From assembly GCF_000199675.1 (NCBI RefSeq), contig NC_014960.1, forward strand, positions 435,157 through 467,156: a stretch of 32,000 nt of DNA. The letters run 5' to 3'. The stretch comes from Anaerolinea thermophila UNI-1. GTDB taxonomy: Bacteria; Chloroflexota; Anaerolineae; Anaerolineales; Anaerolineaceae. The notes beneath the pieces are model-generated. The model made no database searches. It was not told the DNA's origin and worked only from the letters and a program-made list of their open reading frames with translations. A program made the position numbers and the translations under genes. Shown piece after piece: positions 9,847 to 18,634 of the stretch (position 1 is the first letter of the stretch; the number at the start of each line of letters is the position of its first letter).

Positions 9847-9871
9847 TGAAAACTCTCCATCAATCTTGCGG

Positions 9872-10474
9872 TCATGGGGCGCCAAGGGGAATCCCGAGGC
9901 TTTTGAGCCACTGGAAGAGCGGGTCAAACGCCTGAGGTCCAAAGAATACCAGAATGGCAATGATGGCAATGAAGAGCAAGACCAGGAAAATCAGGGTGTA
10001 GAAGATGAAGTCGTTTTCAAAAAAGCCTTTTTCCGGTTTTTCCTCGGCGCGCGGCTGGGTATTGCGTTCCAGGTAGGCAAATTCATCCCCAGTTCTGGGG
10101 GTGACCGGTCGGGTGGCTTCAGTGGCAATGCGGTATTCCAGCGAGGGTGCGTCTTCTTCTTCCAGTGCGGGCATCATGCCCTTTTCCAGGGCTTGCATGT
10201 CCTCTTCCGGGAAGGGCGGTGGAGTGCCCTCCATATAAGCCGAGCGGTTTTCCAGGGCTTTGAGGGCGGCAATGGCTTCCGGATCTCGAGGATTCAGACG
10301 CAAGACGTTGTCCCAGCATTCGCGGATTTCATCCGGGTTGGTGAGCGCATGTGCCAGTAACCGCCAGGCATGGATATTGTCCATATCCATGCTGAGGATG
10401 CGCTCCAGTTCGCGGGCAGCATTTTCACGGTCGCCCTGTTCCAGATACATGCTTGCCAGATAAAGTTCGCTCAT
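9872..10474 (-). CDS. TPR-like protein with an acidic linker and a C-terminal transmembrane anchor (function unknown)
   Basis: 200 aa. N-terminus is TPR-like (LASMYLEQGDRENAARELERILSMDMDNIHAWRLLAHAL). One hydrophobic helix lies near the C-terminus (FIFYTLIFLVLLFIAIIAILVFF). G-rich SD. Starts 43 nt after the rpoD stop. Confidence 0.6.
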   Translation of the reverse strand: MSELYLASMYLEQGDRENAARELERILSMDMDNIHAWRLLAHALTNPDEIRECWDNVLRLNPRDPEAIAALKALENRSAYMEGTPPPFPEEDMQALEKGMMPALEEEDAPSLEYRIATEATRPVTPRTGDEFAYLERNTQPRAEEKPEKGFFENDFIFYTLIFLVLLFIAIIAILVFFGPQAFDPLFQWLKSLGIPLGAP

Positions 10475-10517
10475 CCCCCCTCCCCTCTCGTTTGCAGTTG
10501 TGTCTTGCTACTCTCTA

Positions 10518-11708
10518 TTATAGATAATCTTTCAACTGGCGCGCACGGCGCGGATGGCGCAATCGCCGCAGGGCTTTATTTTCAATTTGACGGATGCGTT
10601 CGCGGGTCAAGCCAAATTTCTGCCCTACCTCTTCCAGGGTGTAGGTGCGCCCGTTTTCCAGTCCAAAGCGCAGACGCAGAATACGCGCCTCGCGGGCGGG
10701 CAGGGTGTCCAGTACTTCCTGAATCTTTTCGCGCAAGAGGTTGCTATAGGTAGTTTGCATGGGGGAAGGTGTCACCTGGTCTTCGATGAATTGCCCCAGT
10801 TCCGAGTCTTCTTCATCTTCGTTGATGGGACTTTCCAGCGAAAGCGGCAACCATGAGACCCGCATCATCCAGTCCACTTTGGAGGCTTTAATGCCGATGG
10901 CATCCGCCAGTTCTTCGTTGGTCGGGGTGCGCCCCAGTTTTTGCTCCATCTCGTGGGTGGTGCGGTACAGACGGCGGATGCGATCCACCATGTGCACCGG
11001 CACGCGGATGGTGCGCCCCTGGTCGGCAATTGAGCGGGTGATGGTCTGACGAATCCACCAGGTGGCATAGGTAGAAAAGCGAAAGCCGCGCTGATACTCG
11101 TACTTCTCCACGGCTTTCATCAATCCCAGATTGCCTTCCTGAATCAAGTCCAGGAACGGCACCCCCCTGCCGATGTAACGTTTGGCGATGGAGACAACCA
11201 GGCGGGTATTGGCTTTGATCAAATGCTCACGGGCACTTTCGCCATCCTGAATTTGGGCTTCCAGTTCGCCGCGACGCTGAGGGGACAGGCGTGCGCTATT
11301 GCGAGTGAGTTCTTTCTTTGCCGCGCGCCCGCGTTCGATGCGCTTTGCCAGTTCCACCTCTTCTTCACTGGAAAGCAGGGGAACGCGCGACATTTCTTTG
11401 AGATACAGTCCAACGGTATCATCGCTGGAAATGCGGTTAAGGTCAAAGGTCTGTACGGGGTCTTCTTCAATGAAGGCTCCGTCAATGTCTTCATCAGGGA
11501 AGGGGTATTCGTTTTCTTCGGTGTCGTAAATATCCACGCCATGGCGGCGCAGTGCCAGCAGAATGGCTTCAAAGCGTTCATGATCCTCACCGACGTTGGG
11601 ATAGGCTTCCATCAGGTCTTCTGTGGTCAGATATCCCTGTACATCGGCTTTTTCCAACAACATCTTGAGGATCTCGGTCCCCCGTTTATTGCTTCCCGGA
11701 CTTGCCAT
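10518..11708 (-). CDS. rpoD: Primary RNA polymerase sigma factor (sigma-70/SigA)
   Basis: Regions 1.2 to 4.2 are recognisable: [66 protein letters not shown], and [41 protein letters not shown]. Confidence 0.95.
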   Translation of the reverse strand: MASPGSNKRGTEILKMLLEKADVQGYLTTEDLMEAYPNVGEDHERFEAILLALRRHGVDIYDTEENEYPFPDEDIDGAFIEEDPVQTFDLNRISSDDTVGLYLKEMSRVPLLSSEEEVELAKRIERGRAAKKELTRNSARLSPQRRGELEAQIQDGESAREHLIKANTRLVVSIAKRYIGRGVPFLDLIQEGNLGLMKAVEKYEYQRGFRFSTYATWWIRQTITRSIADQGRTIRVPVHMVDRIRRLYRTTHEMEQKLGRTPTNEELADAIGIKASKVDWMMRVSWLPLSLESPINEDEEDSELGQFIEDQVTPSPMQTTYSNLLREKIQEVLDTLPAREARILRLRFGLENGRTYTLEEVGQKFGLTRERIRQIENKALRRLRHPRRARQLKDYL

Positions 11709-11818
11709 ATATCCGACCCTCCTTGCGATGACAACCCCCGGTAATGCTCATTCGTCATCCTTCCGTGACCGGTAACGATTTGCAGGTTAAGCGCTGTTCA
11801 TGGTGGTAGTTGCATGAA

Positions 11819-12298
11819 TCAGACCTGTGAAGGAAGAATGGAGTGCTCGCAGAGGCGGAGATTGAGATTTTCTCCGCATACCGGGCACAGCCCCTTACAG
11901 TCGGGGCGACACACCGGCGAGATGGGTATTTCCAGAATCAAATACTCCCTTACCAGCGATTCCAACTCCAGATAGCCGTTTTCAGGAAAGAGCAGGTTGG
12001 ACTCGGTGAGGGAACGGCGGTTGAAGGCGTACAGTTCACTGAACACCGTATGAACAAATTGCGGGAAGGGCGAAAGACAGCGCACACACTCCACTTCGGT
12101 GTACCCCTGAAAGTCGCACTGGGATAAAATCCCTTGTGGCGTGCGGCTGACCCTTAACAAACCATTGAATTCGGAAACCAGAAAATCCCCTTCCAGTTGT
12201 ACGAGAGGAAATTCGAAGTGAATATCCCGGCTGTAACCAACAGGGGCGTTGAGCAGGAAACCAACATTAACGCGGAGTGGGTGTCTAGGAAGATTCAC
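11819..12298 (-). CDS. yceD: DUF177/YceD family protein (large-subunit rRNA accumulation protein)
   Basis: 159 aa. N-terminus LRVNVGFLLNAPVGYSR. Two Cys pairs (ECVRC ... CKGLCPVCG) typical of DUF177. GTG start with no SD. Confidence 0.8.
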   Translation of the reverse strand: MNLPRHPLRVNVGFLLNAPVGYSRDIHFEFPLVQLEGDFLVSEFNGLLRVSRTPQGILSQCDFQGYTEVECVRCLSPFPQFVHTVFSELYAFNRRSLTESNLLFPENGYLELESLVREYLILEIPISPVCRPDCKGLCPVCGENLNLRLCEHSILPSQV

Positions 12299-12402
12299 AG
12301 GTGATGATTAGGTAGAAGTTATAATTATACAAAAGCATTATAGCATGTACGTATAGCCAAGTCAAGTTTTTATGATTTTTCTCATAAAAATTCGAGGTTC
12401 AT

Positions 12403-13005
12403 GTGACAAAATTACTCATTGCTTCCACTAACCGCGGAAAATTGCGTGAATTTCAAGCCATTCTCGCCGGTGAACCCTACGAGTTGTTCCTGCCTGCCGA
12501 TTTAGGCATTGCCCTAACGGTAGAGGAAACCGGAGAAACCTACCGCGAAAATGCCGGTATGAAAGCCCGCGCCTATGCCCAGGCCAGCGGCTTAATCACC
12601 CTGAGCGATGATTCCGGGCTGGAAGTTCAAGCCCTCAACGGTGCGCCGGGGTTGCATTCGGCGCGCTATGCCCCTCAAAAAGGTGCTACCGATGCCGACC
12701 GCCGCGCGTATCTGCTGGAAAATTTGCGTGACAAACCGCGTCCATGGCTGGCGCGCTTTGTGTGCACAGTTGCCATTGCTACTCCCCAGGGCGAGGTGTT
12801 CTTTACTGAGGGGGAATGTCCCGGTGAGATTATCCCCGAGGAACGGGGAACGCACGGTTTTGGTTACGACCCCATCTTTCTCTTCCCCGAGCGTGGTTTG
12901 ACCATGGCGGAACTGCCCCCGGAAGAGAAAAACCGCATCAGCCACCGCGCGCGGGCGGTGCTGGCGGCAATCCCTATCCTCCGGCAGTTGCTGGCAGAGG
13001 GTTAA
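12403..13005 (+). CDS. rdgB: Non-canonical purine NTP pyrophosphatase (dITP/XTP), RdgB/HAM1 family
   Basis: 200 aa. LLIASTNRGKLREFQAIL, SGLEV.ALNGAPG..SARY and GFGYDPIF motifs. GTG start 5 nt after GAGG. Confidence 0.9.
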   Translation: MTKLLIASTNRGKLREFQAILAGEPYELFLPADLGIALTVEETGETYRENAGMKARAYAQASGLITLSDDSGLEVQALNGAPGLHSARYAPQKGATDADRRAYLLENLRDKPRPWLARFVCTVAIATPQGEVFFTEGECPGEIIPEERGTHGFGYDPIFLFPERGLTMAELPPEEKNRISHRARAVLAAIPILRQLLAEG

Positions 13006-14765
13006 GCCCGCACCCGTCCGTGCAGGCGGTCCATGGCTTCTTCGGTGAGGGGAATGAAGACCCGAATGCGCGTACCTTTTCCCGGCGCAGAATCCACCCG
13101 TAGTAAGCCGTTCACCAGGTCGGCGCGTTCGCGCAGGTTAATCATGCCCAAACTGCCGCGCCGTTCGTACGAGCCCATCACCTCGTTGACGTTGAAGCCT
13201 TTGCCGTTGTCGCTGATTTCCAAGCCGATGATATCGGTGTAATTGGTGACGTATTTCAGCCGCACGGTGATCTGGCTGGCTTCGGCGTGCTTGCGGGCAT
13301 TGTTCACGGCTTCCTCGCACAGGTAGAAGACCACCGTTTGCTGGGTGGAATCCAGTGCCGAAACAGCCGTTGGGTCCACATCCAGCACCACATTTTGCTG
13401 GTACAGGTCGCGCATCTTTTCCGCCATGGCTTTCAGCGCGGCTTCCAGCCCTTCACTTTCCAGCACCAGCGGGCGCAGGGTGAAGAGCATGTGACGGATT
13501 TCCTGGGTGGTGCGCCGTGCCAGTTCTTCGATTTTTGCCAGTTCTTCCTCGGCGGCAGTGGGGTTTTGATGCAAAAGCCGCCGCGCAATGTTCAGGCGCA
13601 TGGCAATCGAGGAAACCGATTGGGTGGGTCCATCGTGCAGGTCGCGCGCCAGTTTGCGCTGGGCTTCTTCCTGAGTTTGCACGATGCGCTCTTTTTCTTC
13701 CTGCAGGTCGGCAAACAGGCGGGCATTTTGAATGGCGATGACCGCCTGATGCCCGACAATCATCAGATATTCCACCCGTTCGGGAGGGAAGAAGTTTTGA
13801 TCCGGGTGAGCAAAGAGCAGAATCCCGTACACATTCATCCCGCGTAAGAGAGGGATGATCAGCAAAGACTGGCAGGTATGCAGGGCAACCAGTTCGCTTA
13901 GTTCGGGGTCATCACAGGCGCCGTGGTGGATCTGCGGCTCGCCGCTCTGCAAGGCTTTGCGCAGGATGCCTTCCTGGGCTGCCAGTGGCAGGTTTTGATC
14001 CCGTTGGGGGAAGCCCTGTCCGACGACGTAACGCAGGGTATGATCCTCGAACAGGAAGAAAGCCGCCAGCAGGCGCGCGCCTTCTGCCTCGCTCAACCCC
14101 ATGGCTTTGATGCCTGCCTGAATGCCCACTTCCAGCACCCGCTTGTAGTTAAAGGTGGAACTGAAGGTTTCAATCATATCGAAGAAGGCTTGCAGACGCT
14201 CGCGCTCTCTGCGCTGGATGGCAGTTTCGCTCTCGTGCTGTTTGCGCACTAACTCGTGATAGGTGGTGCGCACGCGTTTCATCAGTGGCAGGCTCAGCCC
14301 GCCGAAAACCAATCCAATGGCAAGGTTTAACCCGCCCAGATATTCCACCACCAGCAGGTTGAATTGCGCCGGAAAGAGGAAATACAGAATGCCGGTTTCC
14401 AGCGCTGTTGCCATGACGGCGATGAGCAGAGCACCGCGCAGTTCAAAGTACATGGCAGATGGGGCAATGGCAAGCACACCCACCCACTGAATGGGGGTGG
14501 TGGCAGAGCCGGTCAACCCGAATAGCGTCATGCTGATGGCTAAATCCACCAGGGTATTCAGCGTGCGGTGAGCGGGCAGACGCTGGTTGAACACCGCCAG
14601 CACGGTCATCGTCAGGTTCCACACCAGCGAGCCCGCCAACAGTGCCAGCGGAAGCCATTGCCCGTCCATGTAGAGAATGAGCGAGAACGCCAGGGCGACA
14701 ATCGCCATCCAGCGGAAGGTAATGGCAAACCAGTCGGCAAGATAGGGAAAATCTGCCCGTTTCAT
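13002..14765 (-). CDS. Membrane sensor histidine kinase, multi-TM N-terminus + GAF + HisKA_3 + HATPase_c
   Basis: 587 aa. About five N-terminal hydrophobic helices. H-box LARDLHDGPTQSVSSIAMRL (HisKA_3 type). N and G boxes EAVNNARKHA, DNGKGF and GSLGMINLRERA. No response regulator is adjacent. Confidence 0.85.
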   Translation of the reverse strand: MKRADFPYLADWFAITFRWMAIVALAFSLILYMDGQWLPLALLAGSLVWNLTMTVLAVFNQRLPAHRTLNTLVDLAISMTLFGLTGSATTPIQWVGVLAIAPSAMYFELRGALLIAVMATALETGILYFLFPAQFNLLVVEYLGGLNLAIGLVFGGLSLPLMKRVRTTYHELVRKQHESETAIQRRERERLQAFFDMIETFSSTFNYKRVLEVGIQAGIKAMGLSEAEGARLLAAFFLFEDHTLRYVVGQGFPQRDQNLPLAAQEGILRKALQSGEPQIHHGACDDPELSELVALHTCQSLLIIPLLRGMNVYGILLFAHPDQNFFPPERVEYLMIVGHQAVIAIQNARLFADLQEEKERIVQTQEEAQRKLARDLHDGPTQSVSSIAMRLNIARRLLHQNPTAAEEELAKIEELARRTTQEIRHMLFTLRPLVLESEGLEAALKAMAEKMRDLYQQNVVLDVDPTAVSALDSTQQTVVFYLCEEAVNNARKHAEASQITVRLKYVTNYTDIIGLEISDNGKGFNVNEVMGSYERRGSLGMINLRERADLVNGLLRVDSAPGKGTRIRVFIPLTEEAMDRLHGRVRA

Positions 14766-14833
14766 ACCGATTCAATCATACCCCGAAAATGGCATAAAGA
14801 AAACTGAAAACTTAACAACTGCCTTTCAATTTT

Positions 14834-14866
14834 CTAACAAAAAAGCCCTGTTCATCACAGGGCTTG
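14834..14866 (-). terminator. Rho-independent terminator after clpC
   Basis: AAGCCCTG (14843-14850) pairs with CAGGGCTT (14858-14865) around a 7-nt loop. It is followed on the minus strand by TTTTTTGTT. Confidence 0.8.
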
Positions 14867-14887
14867 TGTCCACCAGAGGAAAGGTAA

Positions 14888-17344
14888 TCAGGGCGTGGAA
14901 GGCTCTCCGGCTGGTTCTTCCAGTTTGCGGAACACCGGGCGTTCGTCCTGAATCTCCACCAGCACGCGGTCGCCGGGTTTGAACTCTCCCGAAAGCAGGC
15001 TGACGGATAGCGGGCTTTCCACGTACTTTTGCAGGGCACGGCGCAGAGGACGGGCGCCGAAATTGGGGTCGTAGCCCACCTTTGCCAGCCAGTTGCGCGC
15101 TTCAGTCGAAAGTTCCACATCCAGCCCATGTTCCTGCAGGCGGGCTCGGATTTCCTGCATCTGCAAATCCACAATCTGCAACATGTGTTCCATGCTGAGC
15201 GGCGAGAAGATGATAATCTCGTCAATGCGGTTGAGGAACTCAGGGCGGAAGGTAGATTTGAGGGCTTTCTCAATTTTGTCATGCGCCTGACGGTCTTCGC
15301 TGTTTTCAGAAGGCAGGAAGCCCAGTGTACCGCCGCGGCGCACAAACTCGGTGCCCAGGTTGCTGGTCATGATCAGCACGGTGTTGCGGAAGTCCACCAC
15401 ATGCCCCTGCCCGTCGGTCAGGCGTCCGTCATCGAGAATCTGGAGCAGGGCGTTCCACACTTCGGGGTGGGCTTTTTCGATTTCATCGAACAGAATTACC
15501 CGGTAGGGGCGGCGGCGTACCGCTTCGGTCAGTTGGCCGCCCTCTTCGTAGCCCACGTAGCCGGGCGGCGCGCCAAACAGGCGCGAGACGGTGTGCTGTT
15601 CGCGGTACTCGCTCATGTCCAGGCGAACCAGGGCGTCTTCATCGCCAAACAGGAACTCCGCCAGGGCGCGCGCCAGTTCGGTCTTGCCCACACCGGAAGG
15701 ACCGATGAAGATGAATGAGCCGATCGGGCGGCGCGGGTCTTTCAGCCCGGATCGGGCGCGGCGGATGGCATCGGCAATGGCGTGCACGGCTTCGTCCTGC
15801 CCGATGATGCGCTCGTGCAGGCGCTCTTCCATCTTGAGCAGTTTCTCGGCTTCGCTTTCCATCATCTGGCTCACCGGGATACCCGTCCACTGGGCAATTA
15901 CCTCGGCGATGTCGTTCTCATCCACCTGTCCGTCCAGTTGATGTTCGGTCTCCCAGCGGATACGCAGTTCGTTGTACTGGCTCTCCAGCCGCAGACGTTC
16001 GGCTTTTTTGATGGCGGCGCGTTCGTAATCGCGTTCCTGTCCGGCTTGCTCTTCCTCGGCTTTCAGGCGGTCGAGTTCGCTCTTCATTTGCTTCAGATCG
16101 GGCGGCAGAGAGTACAGCGCCACACGCAGTTTGGCGGCGGCTTCGTCAATCAGGTCAATGGCTTTGTCGGGCAGGTGGCGGTCGGGTACGTACTGCGAAC
16201 TCAGCCGAGCCGCCGCAACGATGGCTTCGTCGGAGATTTTCACCTTGTGGTGGGCTTCGTAACGGTCGCGCAGTCCTCTCAGCATCTGAATGGTGTCTTC
16301 GACAGAAGGTTCATCCACAAAAACGGGGGCAAAACGGCGTTCCAGCGCGGCATCTTTCTCGATGTATTTCTGGTACTCGTCCAGCGTGGTTGCGCCGATG
16401 CACTGCAGTTCACCGCGCGCCAGCGAAGGTTTGAGCATGTTGCTGGCGTCCATGGCGCCCTGGGCGGCGCCTGCACCCACCACGGTGTGCAACTCATCAA
16501 TGAAGAGGATAATCTCGCCTTCGGAACGCTGGACTTCTTCAATGGCGGCTTTCAGGCGCTCTTCAAACTCGCCGCGGAAGCGCGAGCCGGCAATCATCGC
16601 GCCTAGGTCAAGGGCGATGACGCGCTTGCCTGCCAGAATTTCAGGCACGTCGTTGTTGGCAATCTTCTGCGCCAGCCCTTCGACGATGGCGGTCTTGCCT
16701 ACGCCTGCTTCGCCAATCAGCACAGGGTTGTTCTTGGTGCGGCGGGAGAGGATTTGCATCACCCGCAGAATTTCTTTATCCCGCCCGATGACGGGATCCA
16801 GTTTGCCTTCGCGGGCTTGCTGGGTCAGGTCGCGGGAGTACTTTTCCAGCGTGCGGTAGCGGGTTTCGGCTTGCGGGTCGGAGACGCGCTGACCGCCGCG
16901 CAGAACCTGGATGGCATCGTACACCCGTTCGCGGGTGACGCCAGCGCTTTCCAGCAAACGTGCGGCAGGTGTACTGCGCTCCGAGAGAATCGCCAGGAAG
17001 ATGTGCTCGGTCGAGATGTACTCGTCTTTCATGCGGTTGGCTTCTTCGTTGGCGATGTCAATAATGCGCTTTACCCGCGGGGTGATGAAAATTTGTCCTG
17101 CACCCCCGCCAAAGATGCTGGCTTTGGGGCTGGTGCGCAGAATGTAATCCAGGCGTTCCGCCAGCGCGTTGGTATCCACCTTCAGCATCTCCAGCAGTTG
17201 GGGTACCGCGCCCTGCGGCTGTTCAATCATTGCCAGCAGGATGTGTTCGGTGTCAATCTGGTTATGTCCGTAGCGCTGGATGATTTCAGCGGCGCGCTGT
17301 GCGGCTTCCTGGGCTCGTTCGGTAAAACGGTCAAATCGCATCAT
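14888..17344 (-). CDS. clpC: Class III Hsp100/Clp AAA+ ATPase, ClpC-type
   Basis: 818 aa. Clp_N repeats; two Walker A motifs ([16 protein letters not shown]). A short UVR-like middle domain ([17 protein letters not shown]) rather than the long ClpB coiled coil. A candidate ClpP-docking loop (GGTLGFLPS). The ClpC versus ClpB choice rests on these two points. Confidence 0.88.
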   Translation of the reverse strand: MMRFDRFTERAQEAAQRAAEIIQRYGHNQIDTEHILLAMIEQPQGAVPQLLEMLKVDTNALAERLDYILRTSPKASIFGGGAGQIFITPRVKRIIDIANEEANRMKDEYISTEHIFLAILSERSTPAARLLESAGVTRERVYDAIQVLRGGQRVSDPQAETRYRTLEKYSRDLTQQAREGKLDPVIGRDKEILRVMQILSRRTKNNPVLIGEAGVGKTAIVEGLAQKIANNDVPEILAGKRVIALDLGAMIAGSRFRGEFEERLKAAIEEVQRSEGEIILFIDELHTVVGAGAAQGAMDASNMLKPSLARGELQCIGATTLDEYQKYIEKDAALERRFAPVFVDEPSVEDTIQMLRGLRDRYEAHHKVKISDEAIVAAARLSSQYVPDRHLPDKAIDLIDEAAAKLRVALYSLPPDLKQMKSELDRLKAEEEQAGQERDYERAAIKKAERLRLESQYNELRIRWETEHQLDGQVDENDIAEVIAQWTGIPVSQMMESEAEKLLKMEERLHERIIGQDEAVHAIADAIRRARSGLKDPRRPIGSFIFIGPSGVGKTELARALAEFLFGDEDALVRLDMSEYREQHTVSRLFGAPPGYVGYEEGGQLTEAVRRRPYRVILFDEIEKAHPEVWNALLQILDDGRLTDGQGHVVDFRNTVLIMTSNLGTEFVRRGGTLGFLPSENSEDRQAHDKIEKALKSTFRPEFLNRIDEIIIFSPLSMEHMLQIVDLQMQEIRARLQEHGLDVELSTEARNWLAKVGYDPNFGARPLRRALQKYVESPLSVSLLSGEFKPGDRVLVEIQDERPVFRKLEEPAGEPSTP

Positions 17345-17486
17345 ATTGGTTTATCCTTGATGGTCGTTTTCGTCCATCTTTCTATCGGTTTTTCTTAAAA
17401 TAAGCCTTCGCAGTTTGATTATAGCATCAGGGGTATTAGAAAAACAAAGATAGTGTATAAGAGGAATATAAGAACCGTGCTGGCTT

Positions 17487-18542
17487 ATGCTTCAACACGT
17501 GCAAAAAACATGCCCGTTTTTTTCTGCGCTTCTCTGCCTCTGTACTACAATTAAACCTGTGAAGGTGTTCATTCCCGTCAAAACGTCGTCCATCCGCCCG
17601 CTGGATGTCAACCGCGATATGCTGGCTGTGGCGGCGCTGATCGAGGAATGCTTTGCTTCCACCCTTGATCCGGATGGACGGGAGTACCTGTACCACATTC
17701 GCCGCGCTGTGGAGGATCCTGCGCTCATCCGCTGGGTGTGGACGACCGATGAAGAGGTCTCTTCCCCGCTGTTCGGTTATGTCTGGGAAGAAGATGGTCG
17801 CATTGTAGGTAACCTGACGCTCATCCCTGCCCGCAAAGGCAAAGAGTGGGTGTACATCATCGCCAATGTAGCAGTGCATCCCGACTACCGCAGGCGGGGA
17901 ATTGCCCGTCAGTTGACCCTGCGGGCGCTGGATCATCTGCGCCAGCATCACATCCGTTCGGCGTGGTTGCAGGTGCGCGAGGATAACCCCGCCGCCCATC
18001 ATCTCTACCTTTCAGTGGGTTTTGCCGAGCGTTCCCGGCGAGCCTTGTGGCTGTCCTCTCTGCCTGGGGTACGTCCCCCGCACGTGCCGGGAGTCCGGGT
18101 GACGGGGCGCCGATGGCGCGACTGGAAATGCCAGCGCGAATGGCTCCAGCGCACGTATCCTTCAGATGTGCGCTGGAATCTTTCGTTGAGTATTTCCCGT
18201 TTTAACGCCAATCCGTTTTACCAGTTTGTGCAGTGGATGATGGGGAGCAATCAGCGCCACTGGGTGGCGCGTGGTGTCGGAGCAGACCGCAAGCCGTGGG
18301 GTTTCCTCTCATGGGAGCATCTCACCTCGTACATCCAAATGCTCTGGGCGGCGACAAACCCTGCCCACGAAGAAGAAGCTCTGATGGCTCTGCTTCCGCG
18401 GGCACAGCAGGAACTGGCGCATTTGCACCTTCCTCTGGGGGTCAATTACCCCGCCAGCAAAGCCGAAGCCGCCTTTCAGGCATGCGGGTTTCACCTGCAC
18501 AGCGTGCTTATTTGGATGGAATACCGTTTGGAGGGAGAGTAG
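17487..18542 (+). CDS. GNAT-family N-acetyltransferase with an extra C-terminal GNAT-like half (start uncertain)
   Basis: Acetyl-CoA motif A region VAVHPDYRRRGIARQLTLRALDHL. The C-terminal roughly 170 aa end in a GNAT-like beta-strand region. No good SD at 17487; a GTG near 17559 is an alternative start. Confidence 0.6.
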   Translation: MLQHVQKTCPFFSALLCLCTTIKPVKVFIPVKTSSIRPLDVNRDMLAVAALIEECFASTLDPDGREYLYHIRRAVEDPALIRWVWTTDEEVSSPLFGYVWEEDGRIVGNLTLIPARKGKEWVYIIANVAVHPDYRRRGIARQLTLRALDHLRQHHIRSAWLQVREDNPAAHHLYLSVGFAERSRRALWLSSLPGVRPPHVPGVRVTGRRWRDWKCQREWLQRTYPSDVRWNLSLSISRFNANPFYQFVQWMMGSNQRHWVARGVGADRKPWGFLSWEHLTSYIQMLWAATNPAHEEEALMALLPRAQQELAHLHLPLGVNYPASKAEAAFQACGFHLHSVLIWMEYRLEGE

Positions 18543-18634
18543 TCTTCCTGCAACTTTTTCGCCAAATATGCGTAAAAAGAATGAAAGATAAGATCATTGG
18601 GTGTGATCGCGGGGCTTAAAGGAGGAGAAGGAAC

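Noticed and set aside
9636-9871. T-box riboswitch (the usual aaRS leader in Firmicutes and some Chloroflexota) or SAM riboswitch upstream of metG
   Set aside because: I could not find the conserved T-box sequence (AGGGUGGNACCGCG-like; the closest is GGCGGUGCCCGCC). I also found no Stem I with AG bulge, distal loop and specifier-loop architecture downstream of the candidate promoter, and no S-box four-way junction motifs. The leader-peptide model explains the helices better. This is by-eye only, and cmscan should confirm it.
11709-11818. Expected rpmF (ribosomal protein L32) downstream of yceD, as in many bacteria
   Set aside because: The gap is only 110 nt and has no suitable ORF. It reads as the rpoD 5' UTR with an AAGGAGGG SD.
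14888-17344. Calling the Hsp100 protein ClpB
   Set aside because: At 818 aa it has a short UVR-like middle domain instead of the long ClpB coiled coil. A GF-containing loop (TLGFLPS) lies at the position of the ClpP-docking tripeptide. ClpC-type is therefore more likely, although a profile search should confirm it.
17345-17486. Heat-shock operators (CtsR repeat GGTCAAA-N-GGTCAAA, CIRCE TTAGCACTC-N9-GAGTGCTAA, HAIR) or an RNA thermometer upstream of clpC
   Set aside because: None of these consensus sequences is present. Only a TTGTTT-18-TATAAT promoter candidate (TATAAT at 17423..17418 on the minus strand) and a small imperfect hairpin that does not include the SD were seen.
17436-18002. 188-aa minus-strand ORF overlapping the GNAT gene start
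   Set aside because: It is antisense to a gene with a clear acetyl-CoA-binding motif. It has no domain signature and would begin inside the neighbouring coding region.
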